A stretch of DNA of 42,188 bases from a virus (lineage: Duplodnaviria; Caudoviricetes): the IMG/VR virus record IMGVR_UViG_3300006118_000017, positions 1 to 42,188 of that record. One strand, 5' to 3'. The translations under genes and the position numbers were made by a program. Positions 38,044 to 42,188 of the stretch are shown in pieces. Below the pieces are notes generated by a model. That model was not told where the DNA came from, did no database searches, and was given only the letters and a program-made list of their open reading frames with translations. The number at the start of each line of letters is the position of its first letter. Position 1 is the first letter of the stretch.

Positions 38044-38592
38044 TTACGCCACCCCCTCTCCGGTCGGCTCGGCGAACCGAACCTCGTCCTCGCCCTTGCA
38101 AGCACCGAAGCGGAACTCGTCGGCGATGAACTCGTCGCCGTCCTTTTCGGTGAGCACCGCAGCGACAGCCTCGATGCCTGCCTGAGCAGCAGCCTTCGCT
38201 TCGCTGTGCGTGCTGTGGTGGGTGGTCACGCCGAAACCGTCGCACTCCAAGGTCACCTCGAAGCCGTCAGTCTCGTTCGTGATTACCAAGTCCCAAAGAC
38301 CGGCGCACATGCCACTCGGCACGATGATCTGAGCAACCTCTTGCCCCCTGTCGTCGGCTTCCCACACGAGGGTCGTCGGGACTGCGACCGGAGTGCTGAA
38401 CTCCGGCGATGCGATCCGCTCGGCGATGGTAGCGACTGCCTGTTGCAGTTTCGAGAACGCCGCCGTGAGGTCGTCCTCGCAACCGAACATCTGTGCTGCC
38501 TCCGTCAAGTCGGAGATGCGGTCACCCCAACTAAGTGAGTTGAGAACCGAAACCGCTTCCTCAACTGCCAACTGCGCTTGCTGCTTGTCCAT
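38044..38592 (-). CDS. Acidic hypothetical early protein (182 aa)
   Basis: ATG 38592 after GAGGAGG, downstream of its own -10 TATAGT. Confidence 0.75.
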   Translation of the reverse strand: MDKQQAQLAVEEAVSVLNSLSWGDRISDLTEAAQMFGCEDDLTAAFSKLQQAVATIAERIASPEFSTPVAVPTTLVWEADDRGQEVAQIIVPSGMCAGLWDLVITNETDGFEVTLECDGFGVTTHHSTHSEAKAAAQAGIEAVAAVLTEKDGDEFIADEFRFGACKGEDEVRFAEPTGEGVA

Positions 38593-38628
38593 GCTTGCCT
38601 CCTCAGGCTGGTCGGTGCTGCTGAGATA

Positions 38629-38646
38629 ACTATAGCACAGTTTAGT
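38629..38646. promoter_or_regulatory. 18-bp operator-like pseudo-palindrome overlapping a -10 box
   Basis: ACTATAGCACAGTTTAGT. Confidence 0.65.
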
Positions 38647-38662
38647 GTGCCGTGTGAACATC

Positions 38663-38830
38663 TTAGAGAACGGCTGTGACGTTCTTCTCTGCCCACGCCC
38701 CTGCCTCCGCTTCGACGGCGGCTTCGTGGTAGGCGACGAGTTCGCTAGCGAGAGCCAATGCACCGGCGGTATCGCCGAACACCAACGCCGCTTCGATCTT
38801 GCGAGCGAGTTCAAATGCCGTAATGTCCAT
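38663..38830 (-). CDS. Small Ala-rich hypothetical protein (55 aa)
   Basis: MDITAFELARKIEAAL...; TGATG-coupled to the upstream peptide gene. Confidence 0.65.
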   Translation of the reverse strand: MDITAFELARKIEAALVFGDTAGALALASELVAYHEAAVEAEAGAWAEKNVTAVL

Positions 38831-38934
38831 CAGTCCAAACCCTTCTGAATGTCGAGCGATGCTTCGAGCATTGCGTCCTCCGCAGCCCACTCCGCCCACT
38901 CCAACTGCTCCTGCTCCGTCAAACCTTCGGGCAT
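38830..38934 (-). CDS. 34-aa highly acidic peptide
   Basis: Translated by hand as MPEGLTEQEQLEWAEWAAEDAMLEASLDIQKGLD*; very strong AAGGAAAGGAGG SD. Confidence 0.7.
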   Translation of the reverse strand: MPEGLTEQEQLEWAEWAAEDAMLEASLDIQKGLD

Positions 38935-38960
38935 CGTGCCCTCCTTTCCTTGTCGAACCG

Positions 38961-38978
38961 ACTATACCACAGTTTAGT
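38961..38978. promoter_or_regulatory. 18-bp operator-like pseudo-palindrome overlapping a -10 box
   Basis: ACTATACCACAGTTTAGT. Confidence 0.65.
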
Positions 38979-39402
38979 TCATGGGTGTAGCATTTACGAT
39001 TTCCCACGACCAGCGACCGCCGTGCTGAACCGGACGAGCCGGATCGAGGATCACACCACGCTTCAGGTTCTTGTAGTCCGCCATCGCTCGACGGCACGCA
39101 GCGCAGACGCACTTGCACTTACCGCCCGCAGCCGTGCCATGTCGCTCGTCCTCGATGGTGAGCCTGCACAACTCGTTGCCGCACTCGCAGCGTGGTCCGC
39201 CTCGATCACGCTTCAGCGGGTCGCCCTTGTGTGCGTCACGCCGAGCGTTGTAGTCACGCAGGTAAAGACGGTTGGCGAGCAAGCAGTCCTCACAGCGGCA
39301 GCGGTTCTTCGTGTAGCCCGCACGGTGTCCATGAAGCGGCGAGCAAATGCTGAGCACGCATCGCTCTCCCTTGCATGGGCATTTCATAAATGGAATGAAC
39401 AT
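38974..39402 (-). CDS. Cys-rich tandem Zn-finger protein (two HG..CRC..C units)
   Basis: HGHRAGYTKNRCRCEDC and HGTAAGGKCKCVCAAC; ATG 39402 after GAGAGGA; -10 TATACT upstream. Confidence 0.72.
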   Translation of the reverse strand: MFIPFMKCPCKGERCVLSICSPLHGHRAGYTKNRCRCEDCLLANRLYLRDYNARRDAHKGDPLKRDRGGPRCECGNELCRLTIEDERHGTAAGGKCKCVCAACRRAMADYKNLKRGVILDPARPVQHGGRWSWEIVNATPMN

Positions 39403-39424
39403 CGTATCCTCTCTATCTTGCGAA

Positions 39425-39442
39425 ACTAAACCGTAGTATAGC
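39425..39442. promoter_or_regulatory. Operator-like copy in the divergent promoter region
   Basis: ACTAAACCGTAGTATAGC. Confidence 0.6.
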
Positions 39443-39581
39443 ATGTCTGCGAACAGCATAAGGGAAGCCTCGGACAGAAAACATTTGAGGGTGCTCGACA
39501 CGGGTTGAGTTTGTGGTATGATTGCGGAACCAATACCGATACCAGAGCCATGTGCATCTGACTAGAGAAAGGCAGGGAACC

Positions 39582-40493
39582 GTGAGTTCGCTGTTCAAAA
39601 AGGCCACCAAGGCCGAAGCCAAAGCCCGTGTGGCTGTGACCGGACCTTCGGGTTCAGGCAAGACCTACTCGTCCCTAATGTGGGCGACGGTGCTTGCCGA
39701 AGGCGGCAAAATCGCCGTCATCGACACTGAGCGAGACTCGGCGAAGTTGTATGCCGACCGCTTTGAGTTTGACGCACTCTCGATGGCTGCGCCATACCAC
39801 CCTGACCGCCTCGTTGAGGCTCTGAAGGTTGCCGAAGAAGAAGGCTACGCCTGCGTCATCATCGACAGCCTCACCCACTTTTGGAACGGGCAGGGCGGCA
39901 TCCTCGAAATCGTGGATCAAGCCGGAGCCGCAGCGAAGGGTAACAACTTTGCAGGGTGGAAGGTCGCCACGCCGATCCAGCAACGCATGGTCGATGCCAT
40001 CTTGGCCTTCAACGGTCACATCTTGACCACCATGCGCTCCAAGACCGAATACTCGTTGGAGAAAAATGAGTATGGCAAGGTCGCCCCGAAGAAGGTCGGA
40101 CTTGCTCCGCAGCAGCGTGACGGCATCGAATACGAATACACCCTCGTCGTCGAAATGGACACCGAGCACCGCACCATCATCGGTAAGACCCGTTGCGAGT
40201 TGCTCGCCGACAAGGTGTATGGCAACGGTCGTGGCGGTGAGGCTGCCGAGACATTCCTCGGTTGGCTGAAGTCCGGTGACCCCATCGTCAACGCCAACGA
40301 GCGGGACACCATCGACGGACACATTCGCTCGATGACCCCAGAGGCTCGACGCAACCTGAAGGTGGCGTGGGGGAACGCAGGGCTTCCAAAAGTCGCTTCG
40401 CTGCCGAGGAGCCGCTACGACGAGGTGCTGTCGCTGATCGCCAACACCACCGACGAGGCTGCTGAAATCGGCGACGAGGAAATCCCCTCCTAG
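39582..40493 (+). CDS. AAA_24 / Sak4-like phage recombination ATPase
   Basis: Walker A GPSGSGKT, IDTE, Walker B IIDSLTHFW, TMRSK, QRDGIEYE; GTG 39582. Confidence 0.88.
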   Translation: MSSLFKKATKAEAKARVAVTGPSGSGKTYSSLMWATVLAEGGKIAVIDTERDSAKLYADRFEFDALSMAAPYHPDRLVEALKVAEEEGYACVIIDSLTHFWNGQGGILEIVDQAGAAAKGNNFAGWKVATPIQQRMVDAILAFNGHILTTMRSKTEYSLEKNEYGKVAPKKVGLAPQQRDGIEYEYTLVVEMDTEHRTIIGKTRCELLADKVYGNGRGGEAAETFLGWLKSGDPIVNANERDTIDGHIRSMTPEARRNLKVAWGNAGLPKVASLPRSRYDEVLSLIANTTDEAAEIGDEEIPS

Positions 40494-40511
40494 CCAACCT
40501 GTCGCATAGCA

Positions 40512-40548
40512 CACGAGCCTCCGGTGGGAAACCATCGGTGGCTTCGTG
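40512..40548 (+). terminator. Stem-loop with GAAA tetraloop
   Basis: CACGAGCC-TCCGGTGG-GAAA-CCATCGGT-GGCTTCGTG. Confidence 0.6.
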
Positions 40549-40599
40549 CATTCTTGCCGCCGATGATGTAGGGTCGCTCTCCCAAGCCTAGGAGGGTTC

Positions 40600-41451
40600 A
40601 TGATCCGCCGATCACCGTCACCGACCCGAGACTACTCGATCCTCAGCAACTCCGTCCTCGCCGACAGCGACCTGTCGTGGGAGGCACGAGGGCTGCTCGC
40701 CTATCTGCTCTCGAAGCCGGACAACTGGCGTGTGATGCCCAAAGCACTTATCAAGGAAAGCCCCAAAGCAGGGCGAGACAAGGTGTATCGGATACTCGAT
40801 GAACTGAAATCTGCGGGCTACATCATGAGCGAGCAGATCAGGGGTGCAAGTGGGCAACTCGGTGAGATGGAGTATGTGGTTTACGACACCCCGCAGACCT
40901 CAAAACCCGAAGTTTCTGGGGTTTCCACCGTGTCCGTGAAATCCGTATCCGGTAAAACCGTATCCGGCGAAACCGTATCCGGCAAACCCGTATACATAGT
41001 AAGTACTTATTCCTACAAAGAACTGAATAAAGAAAATACTGAAGAAAAGCCTCTTGTGCGTTCGGCTGAAGCCGAAGCGCACGGCAGCGAGGAAGCCATT
41101 GTGAAATCTCGTGGTTCGGTTGCTTACACTCCCGAATACGAAATCCTTTGGAGGTCGTTTCCCAAGAAGGTCGGGAAGGCGGCAGGATTTCACTCTGTTC
41201 AGGCACGGCTGCGAGAGGGAGTGTCCTATGCCGATCTCCTGCTCGCCACTCAGACCTACGCTTTGTCCCGCAGGGGTCAAGAACCACGCTACACTCTCCA
41301 CCCCAGCACCTTCTTTGGGCCGCAGCGTCGCTTCGAGGAATACCTCCCCGGAGAGGAGGGCTACGAGGAAGCGCACCGCAACGACAAGCAGGGCAGAGCA
41401 GTTCCGAAGGCGTTTACAGGGATCGCCGCATTTTTGGAGGGAGACGAATGA
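40600..41451 (+). CDS. Replication initiator (HTH, O/DnaD-like)
   Basis: YSILSNSVLADSDLSWEARGLLAYLLSKPDNW; C-terminal W.SFPKKVGK..LHPSTFFGP; internal iterons. Confidence 0.85.
   Translation: MIRRSPSPTRDYSILSNSVLADSDLSWEARGLLAYLLSKPDNWRVMPKALIKESPKAGRDKVYRILDELKSAGYIMSEQIRGASGQLGEMEYVVYDTPQTSKPEVSGVSTVSVKSVSGKTVSGETVSGKPVYIVSTYSYKELNKENTEEKPLVRSAEAEAHGSEEAIVKSRGSVAYTPEYEILWRSFPKKVGKAAGFHSVQARLREGVSYADLLLATQTYALSRRGQEPRYTLHPSTFFGPQRRFEEYLPGEEGYEEAHRNDKQGRAVPKAFTGIAAFLEGDE
40928..41050 (+). repeat. Replication origin: four 15-bp iterons plus AT-rich region
   Basis: ccgtgtccgtgaaat, ccgtatccggtaaaa, ccgtatccggcgaaa, ccgtatccggcaaac, then an AT-rich tract. Confidence 0.8.
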
Positions 41452-42032
41452 CCGCAGCCAAATCCGACATTGCCAAAGTGTGCGCCATCATCGCATCGTC
41501 CTACAGCACTTGGGAGGCAACTCGGGAGCGGGTCGAGGTGTTCTACGAACTCCTAAGCGACCTTGATCCCGATGTGCTGAAATCCGCCACCCAAGCGTGG
41601 GTGCTGAGCGAAAAGTGGCCGCCGACGGTTGCCGACCTGCGCTCCATGAGTGCCGAAATGACCGGAGCGCTCGCCCCCTCGGCGGAGCAAGCGTGGGCTG
41701 AGGTGACCCGCATCGTGCGTGTCTATGGCTGGCGTGGCGGCAAGCCACCGTGGAGCGATCCGGTCATCGACCGTGCCGTCGAAGCGATGGGCTGGCGAGA
41801 AATCTGCGTGAGCGACAACATCGAACTCACGAGGGCGCACTTCTTTCGTGTGTATGAGAACTACCGTGCGAGGGAAAATCGCCAAGTCGTCATCAGCCCT
41901 GCGCTGTCCGCTGGCGAGCACCGTGTCGAACTTGCTAATGTGCTGAAGCAAGTCTCACTTGACCACACCACTGAACCCGTATATAGTTCCATCTCGCAAC
42001 ATTCCGACGAACAGGGGGACACCCATGACTGA
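41448..42032 (+). CDS. Helicase loader/inhibitor (G39P-like)
   Basis: FYELLSDLD..KWPPTVADLR..AEQAWAEV..VEAMGWREIC..RAHFFRVYE; ATGA-coupled to the initiator. Confidence 0.8.
   Translation: MTAAKSDIAKVCAIIASSYSTWEATRERVEVFYELLSDLDPDVLKSATQAWVLSEKWPPTVADLRSMSAEMTGALAPSAEQAWAEVTRIVRVYGWRGGKPPWSDPVIDRAVEAMGWREICVSDNIELTRAHFFRVYENYRARENRQVVISPALSAGEHRVELANVLKQVSLDHTTEPVYSSISQHSDEQGDTHD
41959..41987 (+). promoter_or_regulatory. Strong promoter with an overlapping operator-like copy
   Basis: TTGACC-N17-TATAGT; ACTGAACCCGTATATAGT at 41970-41987. Confidence 0.7.
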
Positions 42033-42188
42033 CCAGAACCCATCACCAAATCAACCGACCAACGAAGCGTTCACCTACACCTCAACGCCTCCTACACCAA
42101 AGCAGAACCACACTCTCAAAATCGTGGGTATCATCGCTGCGGTCATTGTCGCCCTTGCCATCATTGGAGCGATTGCCGGTGGTGGAAA
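42025..42188 (+). CDS. Membrane-anchored protein, truncated by the window end
   Basis: MTDQNPSP...KIVGIIAAVIVALAIIGAIAGGG; AGGGGG SD. Confidence 0.7.
   Translation, partial: MTDQNPSPNQPTNEAFTYTSTPPTPKQNHTLKIVGIIAAVIVALAIIGAIAGGG

Noticed and set aside
37981-39581. Shared GAAAGGCAGGRAACC before gam and the AAA ATPase as an operator
   Set aside because: It sits at the ribosome-binding position in both genes, so it is most simply an extended SD

Overview
This window is a 42-kb segment of a tailed dsDNA phage with siphovirus-type morphogenesis genes. The host is probably an actinobacterium, inferred from high GC, leaderless promoters and actinophage-type protein families. Left to right it carries: small ORFs; a LexA-N/Cys-rich regulator; a RecB/Cas4-like exonuclease; a head module (scaffold/protease-like, decoration protein, major capsid); an inserted five-gene metallophosphoesterase/DUF4406/DUF1003/DUF1599-like operon; a 1604-aa collagen fibre; neck genes; two paralogous tail-tube genes; a frameshifted tail chaperone; tape measure; a 2907-aa tail protein; hub and tip proteins; holin-like genes; a convergent leftward early operon with Mu Gam; and a rightward recombination/replication block (AAA_24 ATPase, initiator with iterons, helicase loader). 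I did not recognise a terminase, portal, endolysin, integrase, tRNA or CRISPR array. The most interesting signals are regulatory: PafBC/RecA-NDp-spaced promoter motifs upstream of DNA-repair genes, an 18-bp pseudo-palindromic operator over several promoters, a candidate ~120-nt structured sRNA divergent from the LexA-like gene, and a 417-bp cassette bounded by 52-bp direct repeats at the 3' end of gam. All family assignments are from motif recognition by eye, not database searches.
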